Shown here: piece after piece, positions 47,622 through 61,950 of the stretch | How the letters are laid out: every line of letters begins with the position of its first letter | How positions within the stretch are numbered: the stretch's first letter is position 1 | From: Monocercomonoides exilis PA203 | Lineage: Eukaryota > Protista > Preaxostyla | Assembly: GCA_001643675.2 (NCBI GenBank) | Contig: LSRY02000018.1 | Span: 434,001 to 498,000 of the forward strand | Length of the DNA stretch: 64,000 nucleotides | Direction: 5' to 3' | Notes under the pieces: generated by a model | The model's database searches: none | Seen by the model: only the letters and a program-made list of their open reading frames with translations | What the model was told of the DNA's origin: nothing | Made by a program: the position numbers and the translations under genes

Positions 47622-50600
47622 CTAATACTCCCTCGTCTCATTCCCCATATCCGTGCTTGTCGCCTCTGCATCCACCACTTTGAAGCTCAACGGCAAAAAC
47701 GGGTGCCCATCAGCCGCATAGAACTTATTCTGGAATTCCACCCAATGAAGCCTCAAGCAGTGCAGGAATGCTGATAATCCCTCCATCGCCAGCAATATTC
47801 CCACCGTCGCCCCGATCCACGCTGCTGTCCCAATAAGCAGGCCGAACACGGGAATTAATTTTCCGATGACCAAAATAAGGTAGTTGAAAAACACCTCTGC
47901 TAATTCTCCGTGCGCCAATGACAAAGCCCACAGACGGAGATATGAGGCGGTGTTGCTCACACATCCAAGCACGTATTCAATCACATCGATCAACTGATGC
48001 ACACACATTTCTCCGATGCTGAACTCTTCTTCTTCTTCCTCTTCATCATCGTTTCCTTCGCCTTCTTCAATATTATAAATAAATAAATAAATAAAATTAT
48101 AATAATTATTATAAAAAATTATTGCCGGAAAAATTAGCATTTTTTTAGCATACCCATAATTTGTGCTCTGTTCTCCATTCCATTTTTCTCCGAAGACCCA
48201 ATTTTTCTATCAGCAACATCAACAGCTTCAGTTTTTGCTAAATCAGAAGAATTTATTGAGGTGGAAGAAGAAGAATTCGAAGAAGAATTCGAAGAAGAAG
48301 AATTCGAATTAACTCCCTGATTCAGCTGTTCCAATCGTTTCTGACTGCCATTTGGATGGAAATACTGATTGAATTCACCATCGTCTGCCATTTTCCCCCC
48401 TTCGACAGGAGTGATTGAGCTTTGGCTGCGATGGATGGGGCGAGGGGGAGTGGAGTGTGAGAGAGAAGAAGAGGAAGAAGAAGAGGGAGAAGAAGAGGGA
48501 GAGGAAGAGGAGGAAGAAGAGGAGGAGGTTTGGGGTGTTTCTGAAAGAAAGAGGGAGAAAATTAAAGGAAAAAGGAGAAAAGAGGTAATTATGATATGTG
48601 AAAGAAAAGAACGTGAAAAACATTATTTCAAATTTTTTGGGGAAAAAAAAAGCAGAAGAGCATTAACAAATAAAATATAAAATAACAAATAATGATAAAA
48701 ATCTCTTTCTCTTTCTTCTAATTCGCCTCCACCTTCTCCTTCTTTCTCTCTCCTAAACACACCCTTCTCCTTCTTCTCCTTCCTCTCCTCCATCGCATGC
48801 TGCACAATCCTCACAATCGGCTTTGGCACCAGCAGCCACACGATCGACGCGATTGCCACAATCACCAGAATCAACTGCACTTTCTCCTGCCCTTCAAACA
48901 ACCTTTCTTCATCGCTTATCTTTTGACCTATCGCAAGAAACATATTTATCATTGTGCGAATCAGCATTGGCTTCGCATGGCCCTCAACGGGTGTCATCCA
49001 TTTGTATATGATCATGAATGACATGTACCCAAACAGGCTCATCAGAAGCAGGAATTGCGGAATAAACGTGCAAATCACATCGACAAGAGAATGTTTGTTG
49101 ATGTGGTTGAAAAGAGACAGGAAAAGCCCCAGCGTCATGTGACACACGCCTAAAATGACAGACATCTTCATCTTCATGGAGTTTGTGTACACGAGGTTGT
49201 TCGTGCTTTGACGCCAGATCTGGTTGAAGAAGATTGAATAAAAAAAGAAAAAGAAAAAGAAAAAAGAAAAATCTAAAATTTAGACTTTGTAAGAAAGATG
49301 CATACCGGATCCACTCCAAACGGATACGTTGTCCTTCCTTCGATGAAATGGCACACAGTTTCTGTTCTGTGATTCTCTTCCACCTCAACACATTTGTATC
49401 GGCTGCCAAACAAGTTCATAGAGAGAGAAAAACATTCATTGTAGAGAAGGCCGCAATATGCTGCAAACAGACCCATGATGAGGATCATGTAACGACCGAT
49501 GTAGAGATATTCGATGAGCTGGTGGAGGGGTGAAGAAGAAGGGGGGGGGGGAAGAGAGAGAGAGAGAGAGAAGAGGGGGAAGAAGGGGAAGAGAGAAGAA
49601 GGAGAAGGAGAAAGAGAAAGAGAAAGGGAAGAAGTTAAATGAAAAAGGGATAAATAGAAAGAATAAAAAATTAAAATATAAATTAAAACAAAAAAAAAAA
49701 AACTAATAAGCATCAACAGCACACATCATTCAACCCCTTCGACAGCCTCTTCTCAAACACGCAGAACACAAGCCCCACCAGCGCTAGCAGTATCCCATGC
49801 CCAAAATCCCCGAACATCACGCCAAACAGAAACGGAAACGTAAACAAGCAGAACAGCGCTGGATTCACTTCCCTGTAATGCGCTGTCCCGTACGCATCCA
49901 CCATCGCCTGGAACGCTGACGTGAATTTTGTCGATCTAATCTTCGTGGGCGGAGTCCGCTTTGTGGGGATCACATGTGCCATCGCTGCAATCTGGCTCTG
50001 TGCCTGTGTAGATGCTGCTGCTAATCGCATATGTACTTTCTCCACTTCCCTTTCCGCCACCCACCCTTCCCCTACAACACACCCAGCAAATCGGTCAGAG
50101 GCAAACAGGTTCAAAGTGGAATAGATCGCTTTCTCCCTCGCCACAAACAGGCGCCACTGATTGAAGTGCGCTTTGATCTCCAGCATACGCTGCTGCATTT
50201 GCTCTGCTGATCTTTCCTGGACGGCCTGGAGTGTTTGCAATCTTTCGTCTATTTGAGCGATTTGCTGCAGATGTTCTGAGGGAGAGGAAGGAAATGGGTA
50301 GACGCTGGCACCGAAAGAGGAGCAGATGCGCATGATTTTGTTGCGGGCGTGCTCGCCAGAGTAGAAGAGCATGAAGACACGCTTGCGTTCTGGTTGTTGC
50401 TGAAAGACGGGGGAGGGAAGAGGGAGGAAGGGAGAGAAGAAGGAAAAAAGATAAAAGAAAGTAGAAGTGAAAATAAAAAATAATGAGTGGAGAATGAGAT
50501 GTGTGAAGCGCATGATGTGGGTGGTTTAAATGGCAAAGCAGTGAAATTAAGTTGGTTGAAGAAATCAAAAATAATAAATTTTGAATGCAAAAAGTATTCG

Positions 50601-51431
50601 AATTTAATTTAACAATGAATAAATATTTTCTAACAATAAAAATTAATGAAAACACACAGTTGTCAAGTCGACTAATTGTACAGGGACCTCCTCTGACTCA
50701 ACAAGAACATTTCCTCTCAATGCAACAAAGATCATTCTGTAAAACATTTCCATTTTCGACTGTGAAATGATTCCAGCTGAATACATCAAGCTTCCGGGGT
50801 TTATGGGCTTGTCTATATCTGGTCCTTTTAATTCTCTATAAATTTATATTTAAAAATTCACAAAGAAATAAGCAATTAAAAAAATATTTATTACTTAATT
50901 CAGATACTTATCATCAGCAATCTCATTACTTGGGAAGGAAGTTGCACTTGCAATTGTTGTTGATGCTTGCCCCATTGTCTTTTCAAAAAATTTTGAACCA
51001 ATTGATAGCACATGTCGCATTTCAATAAGCTCAATCCTGTGCCGATTCAAATCGTCTTCACCCTGAATTAAATGCTTCAAATCTGTTTCGAGTTCTTCAA
51101 ACATTGGACCTAACTCAGTAGAAGACAATTCTTGCGTTAATGGCGTATCGTCCGGAACAATTTTCATCTTTTCAAGCTGAGAATGAAAAAAACGAATGCT
51201 TCTTTTGAGCTCATTGCATCTCCGAATCTCTCCTGAGTATTCTCTCTTTCCTTGATTAACATTAGGATTAAGGTCTTTAAAGTGAACAGACCCCGCTTCT
51301 CCTAGTTCCTTCATAGAAGCGTACGCTAAAAAATTCTTAATTATGAAGATATAATTAAAATGCAACAAACCAGCATCTCTTGGGAACACAAATTGCATGT
51401 AGACCATTGGTTCACTCCGATAAATATCCAT
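47622..51431 (-). CDS. ATP6V0A: V-type H+-ATPase V0 subunit a, multi-exon
   Basis: MDIYRSEPM..HFKDLN, YREVNP..FPFLFGVMFGDFGHG, YPFGVDP, NSMKMKMSVILG, SNTASYLRLWALSLAH (essential Arg present), LHCLRLHWVEFQNKFY. Confidence 0.96.
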
Positions 51432-52916
51432 ATTTTCTGTAAGTTTTAACTTGAACTTTTAGAACTCGCAGAAAATAAAACAAAAAATTGAAATCAAAGT
51501 GATGGTTTGATCATAAATAATATATTTTTCCTAAATAATATTTTTTTATTCGGTCTATTTTTGTGTGGTTAATTGAAATACATCAAACATTTGATAAATG
51601 GAATTTCTATATATTCTGGGGATTCAATCTTTTTTTTTTCAAACAAGTAATTTCAAACACAAATGAGAAAACTTCAATTTTAATTTTCAAAAATTTATTC
51701 AAATTCATATTCACTTTCACTTTTGCATCTTTCATAAAAATAAAAATTTGAAAAATAAACATTTTTTTCTTACTAAATTAAATTCAGAAACAAAAAAAGT
51801 TAAAGAAATTTTAAGGATGGAAAAATTGTATTTAATTTTTTTAAAAATGAAACATGAGTAAGTAGCAAAAGAGTGTTAACAGCAATAAATAAGGCTGCAT
51901 TAAATATTTGCATAATTTATTTATTAAAAAGCTTCAATTCTGTATTCATTCATTCATTCGAGAAAAAAATATTATTTAAAAAAAAAGAATCAGAAAGAAA
52001 TAAAGAATTAGAAGGAATTAAAAAAAAGATAAAGAAAAAAATAGAAAAGAATAGAAAAGAAAAGAAATAGTACATACAAAATAATAAATTAGAAAAAGCA
52101 AAAGAAACAGGAAAAAAATAAATAAATAAATAACAAAAAAAAAAATTAAATGATATAAAATAAAACGAATAAGAAAAAGAATCACACACATCAAATAGAG
52201 CTTATGGAGAAAAAAGGAACGTAATGACTTCGCATGAACGTGATGATGTAAATAAAGAAGATATAAACCTAAAATATAAAATGAAGAAAAGAATAGAATC
52301 AAATAAAACGGAAAGAATATTATTTATTTATTATTATTGTTATATCATATTTTATTTATTTATTTATTTATTTATTTTAATTTATTGGTTATTAATATTT
52401 TATAATAGATAAATAAATAGATAAATAAATAGATAAATTAATAAATAGATAAATAGAGTTATTATTATAATAATACGAATCGCTAACAAAGATGTCTATA
52501 CCTACACCATCTGTCACTAAGCGCTGTCCATCCATTCAAAAAAGTAAGTCAAAAAATATAAAATGCCGAACTGAAAATTCGAATTATAATGCTGCATACA
52601 AAATCATTCCATTGTTTCTTTTTTCTCCCTCCTTCTCTTTCTCTCTCTTTCTCTCTTTCTCTCTCACACTCTTCCCAAAAAAGATATTCACAAAATGCAT
52701 AAGGAATGGTATAACACCCAAAAACATTCACAATTGTTTTTTTTTTTTTCCTTTCTTTTTCTAAAACTTTTGTATAACAGTTATTTTCTTCTCATCTTCA
52801 AAACAACACCATTTTTCTCTTCTCTTAATCTTTCCCTCTCCCTCTCTTTCTCCCTCTCTCCCTCTCTCACCTTCTTCCTTCCTTCCTTCCTCACCTTCCT
52901 TCCTCACCTTCCTTCT

Positions 52917-55753
52917 TTACTTCTCCTTCTTCCCTTCTGCCCCTCCACTCCCCACCGCCATTTGTATCGCTTTTCTCTTGCTATCGTCTTCCTCCGCTGG
53001 GAAAAATCTCTTTCTGAACGCGGCTCTTCTCGGCTTCAGTGTCGGTGTCATCAAACCAGACTCAATGTCAAATGGCTCTGGCGCAATAATCACAGATTGC
53101 GGGGCATGGAACGAAGGCAGATGGAGTTCAACACAAATACGCTTCATGTCCTTCAGCAAAATCATCTGCGGAGTCGGAACAGTTGCAAATGAGGCAGCGG
53201 TTGTTGGGGAAGATGTATTGTCACCTGAAGAAGAAGAAGAGGAGGAGGAGGAGGTTGATGTATTTGGTGGGGCAGTTACAGAGCGAAGCTGGATTGGCGG
53301 AGAGATCGAAGGCGAAGGAGGAGGAGAAGGTGCCATCATCGAACGATCACCATGTGGATCATCATTCGAAGAAGAAGAGGAAGCCGATGATGACTTTGAA
53401 TCATCATCGTCTTTCTCCTTCACAGGCTTAACACTCCCGTCAGCATTCAGTTCTCTGTGTGCCTCCTTCCACTCATTGATGCACCTTTCAATGGCTGCAT
53501 CATCTGCCACTACAACTGCCACGGGCGCTGTCAGGTGAGGTGCTGCGTGGATATACACCTGCTGAATGAACGGCGACAAGCAGAACATTCCCTCTAAATA
53601 CTCAGGCGACACCCACTCTCCATTCATCAGCTTCACAACTGACTTCACTCTGTCCACAATGTGCAAAAAGCCATGCTCATCCACATACCCCAGATCTCCT
53701 GTGTGGAAGAACCCGTCTTTGTCAAACGCTGCTTTTGTTGCCTCTTCGTTCTTGAAGTAGCCTGTGAACAAAGAAGTGCCCCTCAAACACAACTCTCCTG
53801 TAAAGTAGTTCTTCTTCCCCTTTTCAAACGACTGCGACTTCGACGGATCTGCTCCGTCCTCGTCTTCTCTGTTAACCTTTGCGATCTTCGCCTCAATACA
53901 CGCTGTAGGTGTACCACAGTTCGTCAGCCTAATCGCCGATGGATCCGGAAGCGGGTTGAATGCACGCACAACGTGTGAGCAAGATGCCACTTCAGTCAGT
54001 CCGTACCCTTCAAGCAGATACACCCCAAAGATATCCTCCATAAACTCCTTCACTTTCGTCGCCATTGGTGCACCGCCCAACACAATGTACCTCACGCACC
54101 CTCCCAGCACTTTGCGGAATGGGTAGAAAAGAGTATAGTCCAGCACATAGTTCGGATGGCGGTGCATCAGCTTCTTCTGCATCTGCCTCAGCATTATCCC
54201 GCCATTCACAGCTGCCCGCAGCGCGCAGGGCATTGACGCGATCTTGTCAGTCACCAGCTTGAAGATCTTGTTGAACACACGAGGCACACCCACCAGGAAC
54301 GTCGGGTGCAGAACTTGAATATCGCTCATCATTCCCGAGGGACCTTCAGAAGCAAAGGCAATCTTCGACCCGCCGTGCAGCGAGCCGTCCAGACACAGCT
54401 TCTCAAACACATGTGCCAGTGGCAGATACGAATAGTGGATGTCTGACAGGAGGAAGTTGTACCCACGCACAGCTGCTGCTCCGTAGGTCACAATGAACGC
54501 CCTGTGTGGCAAGATCACTCCTTTTGGCAGGCCTGTCGAGCCAGACGTGTAGATGATGCAGTGCGGAGACAGCGGCTCTGGATCGCACAGGGGCATTGGC
54601 AGTGGCTTGGAGGATTCCGATGAAGAGTCGGTTCTTGAGGCAGATGGATACAGATTGTACAAAAGCGCGCCAATGAACCTCCACTCACCGAAAGTCAATA
54701 TCGGAACTGTATCAGTCTCAAGAGTCTTCTTCATCACTTTTCTGGCATTTTCGATTTCCTCCAAAGTGTAGTTGGGGCACACCAAGGCATCGCCGGATGG
54801 GGCTGGCCGCTTGCTTTGCTCCGATTGGCGTGGCAGCACCGAAGGAGGAGGTGGAGGATATTTGGGATTCGGTAGATTCATGAAAATTGAAGTTGTATTA
54901 TTTACAATAGGGGTAGCATTTTTAGGGAAAGCTGGAAGTTTTAATTCAGATTCAGGCGGGTTTGTTGCCATGCGTGTAACGTATTCATCGAGTGCATCCT
55001 CGCTAATGTAATCATAGGTATTCATAAGGATAACTCCCCTAATTAAAGAACGAGCATGTTTGCACTGCTCTGTTGAAATAGCTTGAACAAAACGAGGCAC
55101 AAATCCAGGAGTAAGCGCGACAATCTGGCACTCTGTTTCGCACACAGCATGAATGATCCCGTTGACTCCTAGAGCATTATAGAGAGGAATATGAATTGCG
55201 GAAAGACGATCGCAGGCGTGCACCATCAATAAAAATTCCATGCAATTCTCTGAAAAAACTAATACACGATCCCCTCGCGTAACTCCGAGGGAGCAAAGTG
55301 CTCCCGTAAATTCTGTAACAAGTTTCTCAACAATAGGAGCTTTCAAAAATTTGAAAGGCCCCCACTTAAGGTCTGGCGATCGAAGACGGAAACCATACAA
55401 ATCATGATCTGGCCATTTTTTCACTCTGCGTGAAAACCACTGTTCCATTGTAAAAACACCATCTGTTAAAAGACAAAAAAATGAGATCGAAGCGTAATAA
55501 AAGAAGCATCAATAAAAAGCAACAAATGCAAATATATCTTTGGAAAATCAAACGATCACAACTCTGACAAACCTATTCCGGTCATAAGGCCTTTTTCATC
55601 TGTTGCATAATCTCGGAGTTTCTTTTCTTCATACAACGGGTAATAAATCCGTTCAGAAGGACTTTACCGAAAATTACAGAAAAATAATTCATTTATATAT
55701 TCAACAAATAATATTAATTCAAGGGCAAACTCATTTGATGATGCTGATGCCAT
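52917..55753 (-). CDS. ACSL: Long-chain acyl-CoA synthetase (AMP-binding family)
   Basis: YTSGSTGLPKG, YLPLAHVFE, EGYGLTE, GELCLRG, FHTGDLG, MTPTLKPRR. Main exon 52917-~55460. Small 5' exons inferred from ATG 55753. Confidence 0.92.
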
Positions 55754-56395
55754 GTTTTTAAAGTTGAAAAACAATAAAAGCAAACCATATTTCCTAAAGT
55801 TTGAAAATATTTTATTTTGTTCATGAGATAATATTGGAAGAATGAAAAAAGTTTCAAAATTTGTCGAAGGAAAATATAATAAAGGAAAAATATTTTGATT
55901 TTTCATATACGGTCTTTATTGGACAAATTTCTATTTTTCATCATTAATAATAATATTTCTCAAGTATTTTTGAATAAATCCAGAATGATTTTTTTCAAAC
56001 GTTGAATTGAAATTAATTGAATATCTAATTCCTCTTTTTGTAACATTTCTACTTTTTTTTTTCAATCAATTCTTCTGTTTTTAACAAACAGTTTATTACG
56101 CAAAATAAAAGATGAATTCACAAACAATAAATGCGATTGTTATCATAACAATCACTATAATCACATCTTGCATTCATCTGGTGTGAATTGTGTTGAAAAT
56201 TCTTCAAATAATACAAATACATCATTATTTGATTATGAAAACAATTTTAAAAATGAAAATCAAAGTTTCTAATAAAATAACAAAAGTTACAGTTTTAATC
56301 CATAATTTCCGACATGTAAAATTAACATGTTCATTAAAATAAAAATCATAAATTACCAATTAAAGTCTCAAAACAAAAAGCAATGACTCTGACAT

Positions 56396-56783
56396 TTACA
56401 AAGCAATTGGCTTGAACTGACAGCCGGCATTTTTGTACTGTTTCACAGTTTGGTAAAAACCGCAAGGCATAAGAAATGTCACATGAATGCAGTCGCTGCA
56501 TGCATCTCCAGCAATTCCTTCTTTCAGACGAATCTCATATCTGACCAATGCAAGGAAGGGAATGAACATTCCAATACAGCAATGCTGGCATCCGCACTCT
56601 TCTCCATAAACATGTGCAATCATGCTGCCAATTGTGCAGGGAGCAGTAAAATATCCTGAATAAAAAATAATCAGAATTTTCATTTTAAAAAATTATGATC
56701 AAAAAATTGATGTTTATCACACCTAAACAGCAAGCTTTAATATCTCCAAAGCATCCGCAAGTTCCTTGTGCCCATTCACCCAT
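56396..56783 (-). CDS. PLAC8/cornifelin-family Cys-rich protein
   Basis: MGEWAQGTCGCFGDIKACCLG|YFTAPC...VRYEIRLKEGIAGDACSDC...PCGFYQ. Intron 56656-56722 keeps frame. Confidence 0.85.
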
Positions 56784-57400
56784 GTTGATTTATTTGTGTC
56801 TCAAAACAAAAAATGAGATCCTAAGCCATTAATTTACTTTTGAATCACATAAGTTTGGGTTTGCAATTAAGAAATAACCGCAATAATTGAATATTTCAAT
56901 GATTGCGTAACCAAATACAACTTTGCTTAAATTGTACAACAATAAAAAAAATATTCATCAAATTATTTTTAATTTTTCTATTTTTGATCATAAATAAATT
57001 TTTTTCCAGGTTTTCTTTTTTTTTTTTCATTAGCACTTTTCATATTTTATTCGTGTAATCAGTATTTTTTATTATATAAGTCAAAATCAAATTCATGCTA
57101 ATGAAAGATGTTTGCTAACAAATTCATCTTTGTTTCATTAACTTGTTTCGAATTTTCAATTTCCAATTATACAAATAAAAGAAAAAAATTTGTGTTTTCT
57201 TTTCTGTTCTTCAAAATTTTTCAAGATGAATTTCATTTAGAATTATTATCCTTTAAAAGAATTACAAAATTTTCTACATATTATCCAATTCATTGTTAGA
57301 ATAAATATAAAATATTTAAATCAAAAGTGTGTGGACGTTTTTGAAATGCATTCAATAAACTGCTCTTTTTCAATTATGTTTCTTTTTAACAATTTTTTAT

Positions 57401-60212
57401 TCATTTGTTCTTCAAAGCCGACACACGCAAATGCAAGTGCTTTGTAAGCTCTGTCAAAAATTCATCAATCGAAGTTTTCTTCTCCAAAAATTTGGAATTT
57501 TTATCTTTGTCTTTGTCTTTGTCTTCAAAAGAAGATGAGCTTCCAATTTTTTGATTCTCATCGGTGCGACTTGTGGCCATCTCATTTACTTTCGTGCTTT
57601 TCATGCGCATTGGCTTCACATTTGGAGAACGAGAACTTAACATCTCATTTGCTATTAAGTTCAAATCATTCAAATAAAAAAAAGAAAAAAAAGACAGAGA
57701 AATAACAAAAATAAAAATATAAATTATTAAAATAATAATAATTAAAATAATCACATTCAAAATTCTTCTATCAACCACCATACATCCCCCACAAACCAAC
57801 AACCCAATTCCCTATCGCCTCCATCCCTCTTCTCCCTGTGTATGGAGGAGAAGGTTTATCAAACCCCCTTCGGAAGAATAAAAGAGTTGGATATCCTTTT
57901 ATGTCAAAGCGGCGGCGGAGGGAAGGAGAATCTTCGCTGTTGACAGCACAGAAGAGAGTTGGCTCTAAATCAGTTGATTGAGCCTTTGCTGCAATCAATG
58001 AAGATATTGTGAGTGATGAGTTCTGGTAGTAGGAGCCTAGCTTTGTTAGAGCGGGTTTGAGGGACTGAGAGAGAAAGAGAAAGAGAAAGAAAAAAAAAGT
58101 AATAATTATGGAAAAAAAGATAAATTGATTAGAAGATTTATTACATATGCAAATATGTCAACATCAAGTTTTCAAACAAACAATAATTCATTCTTTTTTT
58201 CTTTTCTTTTCTTTCTTCTTTTTTCTTCATTTTTTTTCTTTTGTTCCGTTCATAAATAAACCAACACACACACAAACAAACAAGCAAGTAAACAAACAAA
58301 CATACATATATATACATACATACAAACACACACAAACACACACACAAACCTTGCAGTGAGGGCACCAATCAGCATAGAACATAACCAGAACATTTCGAGT
58401 GCCATCAACAACTTCGTCAAACGTGCTGTCATTCAACAAAAGGAGTGAATATGGCTTGCTTGCTGCATCGATGCTTTCTAGAACGAATGAGGAAACAGAC
58501 GCTTGATTGCGCTTTCCTGTAAAGCTGAGGGATGTGTTGGTTTAAATATGCATATTGGAAGGAGGGGGAAAGGGGAAAGGTGAAGGGAAAGGGATGAGAA
58601 GGGGAAAAAAATTGTTTTAAATTAAAAAAATATTATAAAAAAATAAAAATACCTTTTCCCTTCTATCAAATTGCCCTTCTCAAACACTTTGAGCGTCGGG
58701 TATTCCTTCAGCTTCTCTCTCTGCTTCAGATAATCGTCGCTGCCGACATCAACATTCAAAAAAATTGTGTCTTTTACTCCGTCTCTCAGAAGCATCTCAG
58801 CTGCTTGGTTGATAACACCTGCAAACGCATGGCAGTATACACACCTGCAATGAAGTATTTTGTTTTAGTGGAAGTTTGTAAGGAGGAAAAAAGAAGAAGA
58901 AAAAGAAAAAGAAAGAAAGAAAGAAAAAGATAAAAAATAAGAGAAATATTATTTGAGAAGATGAAGCAAAATAAAAAAAAATAAAAAAAAATAAAAAAAC
59001 AAATAAAAAATAAAATGAAATAAAATGAAAAAATAAAAAGAAATAAAATAAAAAATTGTATTTCATTTATTCAACCACACCATTTCTGCGAGAAAAGCGC
59101 CACGATATTTGTGTGTGAGCCGAGCATCTCCAGAAACGTGTCGCCATCCACATCCGCCACTATCTGTGGCACAGGCGCTGCTTTCGTGTTCTTCATTGCC
59201 CAGTCGCCCATCATCTCCGGCGCTCGCTCTCCGTCGTACCGCAGCGTGCCGTTGGTGCAGTTCTCCGGCACCACCACCAGCCACGGATACGCCGTCACAG
59301 AAAAATTCTCCTTCAGACCCGGGCTGCTGTCACCGTCTATCTTCGCGAAAATCGTCGAATTGAACTTCTCTGGATATTCCTCTTCGCAAAACACTATCAT
59401 GTCCCTGAAGTTCTGCTCAAATGAATGGCAAGGAGCACATGTTGGAGAACCAAAATAGAGAACAGCTGCTCTACTTCCATTAACAATAGATGAAAAATTT
59501 AAGCTTTTTAAACAGTCAACATCAAGTTTTTACAGAAAATTTTCATCATGAAAATTCAATCCAAATTCATCAAATGATCATACTCGTCGAGTTCGAGAAT
59601 TGTATCAACATATGGCTTGAAATGATTCAACATTATCCACTCAAGAAAGTCTGAAACTGTTCTCTTTCCATTGAAGCTAAATAAAAACTTAGCATTATTT
59701 CTAATCTTTTCATTAAAAAGCAAACTTTGCTCTTGCGTTTCGAGACCCTGATGGAAACATTTTTACCGTTGGATATCCCTGAATTCCAATCTGCTCAATC
59801 AAATCAACCTCAGTTGATGAAACCTGAGCAAAAATAACAGGAAGATCATCTCGAGCGGCTACAATGTCCGCAACCTTCGCAAAAGTCGGGTAAAATTGTT
59901 TGCAGTGACCACACCAAGTCCCAAAGAATAATACAACAACTTTCAATAAATGTGTGCATTTAAAATAATAAAAATTCTGCCAAAATTCGAAAGAACAACC
60001 ATACCGGTTTTATTCTGCCCTACCACTTCATAAAAGTTCGTTTTATTTAATTGGATAATATTATCTCCTGCTTCAAAAAGATCAAGAGCAGCTGCTGCTG
60101 CAATGTGATTTTTAATCTTTTCAGGGCTATCCCTTTTATTTTCAACACAGCCAGGCGTGCTGCACTGCTGACAAACAATAATGTTAAACAAAAAGCACGC
60201 AGAAAGCAGCAT
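57401..60212 (-). CDS. Protein-disulfide-isomerase-like protein with four thioredoxin domains, multi-exon
   Basis: Signal-like N-terminus. WCGHC...GYPT, TCAPC...AYPW, WCVYC (split by an intron)...EYPT, WCPHC...GYPT. Confidence 0.85.
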
Positions 60213-61225
60213 TTTACCTTATTAATGGTTTCAAATCATTAAACAAATCAAATGATCAGCTTATATTAAGGTTCTGAAAAAAATGAAAATGAAACAAACC
60301 TTTTTGAAAATCATCAAATCATTTGAAAAAGAAGTGATCATTTTGAATTTTATTCGACTAATAGCAAATGATTCAATCTTATAGAAATAAAGTCAATCTA
60401 TTGTTTGTTCATTTTAAGAAAAATAATAGACTAATTTTGATCAAGAAATTTGAAAGCACACTCTGTCTCTAGTGAACAAATTGTTTTCATTTTTCAATTT
60501 CTTTATATATTGTATATTATTTCATTTTCTATATATTCTCTGACTGCTTTAAATTTATCTGTGTTTATAGGCCAAAATTTTTTTGGAATTATTTTTTTTG
60601 TTTCATAGCTTTTAACAATACCCAGCGAATATTTTGCTGTATTTAGTAACTATTAATGTTTGGTCCACTCAAATTCCTTCATTATTTACTTTAACTTTCT
60701 TATAAAATATGTTCAAACAATTCATTTATGGTTTTTGATTTGTTTTTTTAAAACCAACAGTTTTTGTTTGATCATTCTCGTTCATTAAAAACAAAATTCT
60801 TTTGAAAAAAATAAAACTTTGAACGATAAAGAACATTTATGTTTTTTTAATGAATTTTTTGACTTTATTACTTGATTTTTATTTTTTCAAATCTGTTGTA
60901 ATCGTTGCATTGAAAAACTCCGATTCAGTTTTTTTTGAATCAAAAGAATGAGATAAAGACAATTGTAAGTGTTTTTTTATGATTTAAACAATAATAAATT
61001 ATCATAAAGTGTTATTCTTTTTGATAAGTCGCAAAAGTTTTATATATTGGTTGAATAAAATATCACTTTATTTAATCACTTATTGCAGAAAATCCAAAAA
61101 ATATGATTACTTTGCAAATTTGAGTATTCAAACTTATTTGATGTGAGAATATCTGCACAGTGGGAAAATTTGATGGATTATTACTAAAAAATGTTCAAAA
61201 TAAATTAATATTTCCATAACACATA

Positions 61226-61616
61226 CCGTCTAAACCGGATATGATCACGTCGAATATAATCACATTCGAATGTTGTCATATTTTTCGATGCACCGACATT
61301 TTTGGTCTATTTTTCATTCATTTTCCATCGCATATAATCACAGGGCTGAAAATATATAATCACATTTTTCATTTTAATGGGTGATTTTTTCATTTAAAAA
61401 TCGATTTTTTGATCAGAAATCTCAATTTTTCGCTTTTTCAAAAATGTGCTCAAATAAGTCAAAATAATGTGTATTTGCGAAAAAAAAGTTAATTACGCAA
61501 GTGAAAAATGCGTTTTTTTTGAAGAATTTTCATAAATTAAAAATCGACCCAAAACTAATTAATTAATTTAATTATTTTTATTTTTATCTGTGTTAAACAG
61601 CATCGGATATTCTCAC
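61226..61616. mobile_element. Truncated homolog of the 7040-7732 MITE
   Basis: TA|CCGTCTAAACCGGATAT... collinear with 7040 onward (shared GGGCTGAAAATATATAATCACATTTTT and CGCAAGTGAAAAATGCGTTT). Right end missing. Confidence 0.75.
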
Positions 61617-61618
61617 TA

Positions 61619-61950
61619 GGCCTTTGCGACAGACCGACTTTTCACCAAAGACCTCGACAAGTCGACAGACAATGACAATAAGTTTATTTTGATCTTTTTT
61701 ATTAAGACAAAAACATTAGCTAAAAAATGAGTAATATTTTATTTTTTTCAGTTTTATTGAATGACAATCTGATAGTTGAAAACTTTATTTGTAGTGCATC
61801 TAACTTTTTAAAAAAAAACATCATTCTTTTATAGGAAATCGACATATCTTTGTCGAGATCAATCTGTCGAAAGATCAGTCGGTCGAAAGATCAGTCTGTC
61901 GGAAGATCAGTCGGCCGAGTTGATCTATTTGTCGAATTGAATTATTTCCA
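61619..61950. repeat. Element remnant with 16-bp tandem subterminal repeats (possibly MULE-like)
   Basis: TCKGTCGRAAGATCAG x3 plus degenerate units at 61863-61926. Inverted degenerate copies (CGACAGACCGACTTTTC) at 61627-61670. Confidence 0.5.

Noticed and set aside
61850-61930. CRISPR-like repeat array
   Set aside because: 16-bp units are directly tandem with no unique spacers, there are no cas genes, and the context is eukaryotic.
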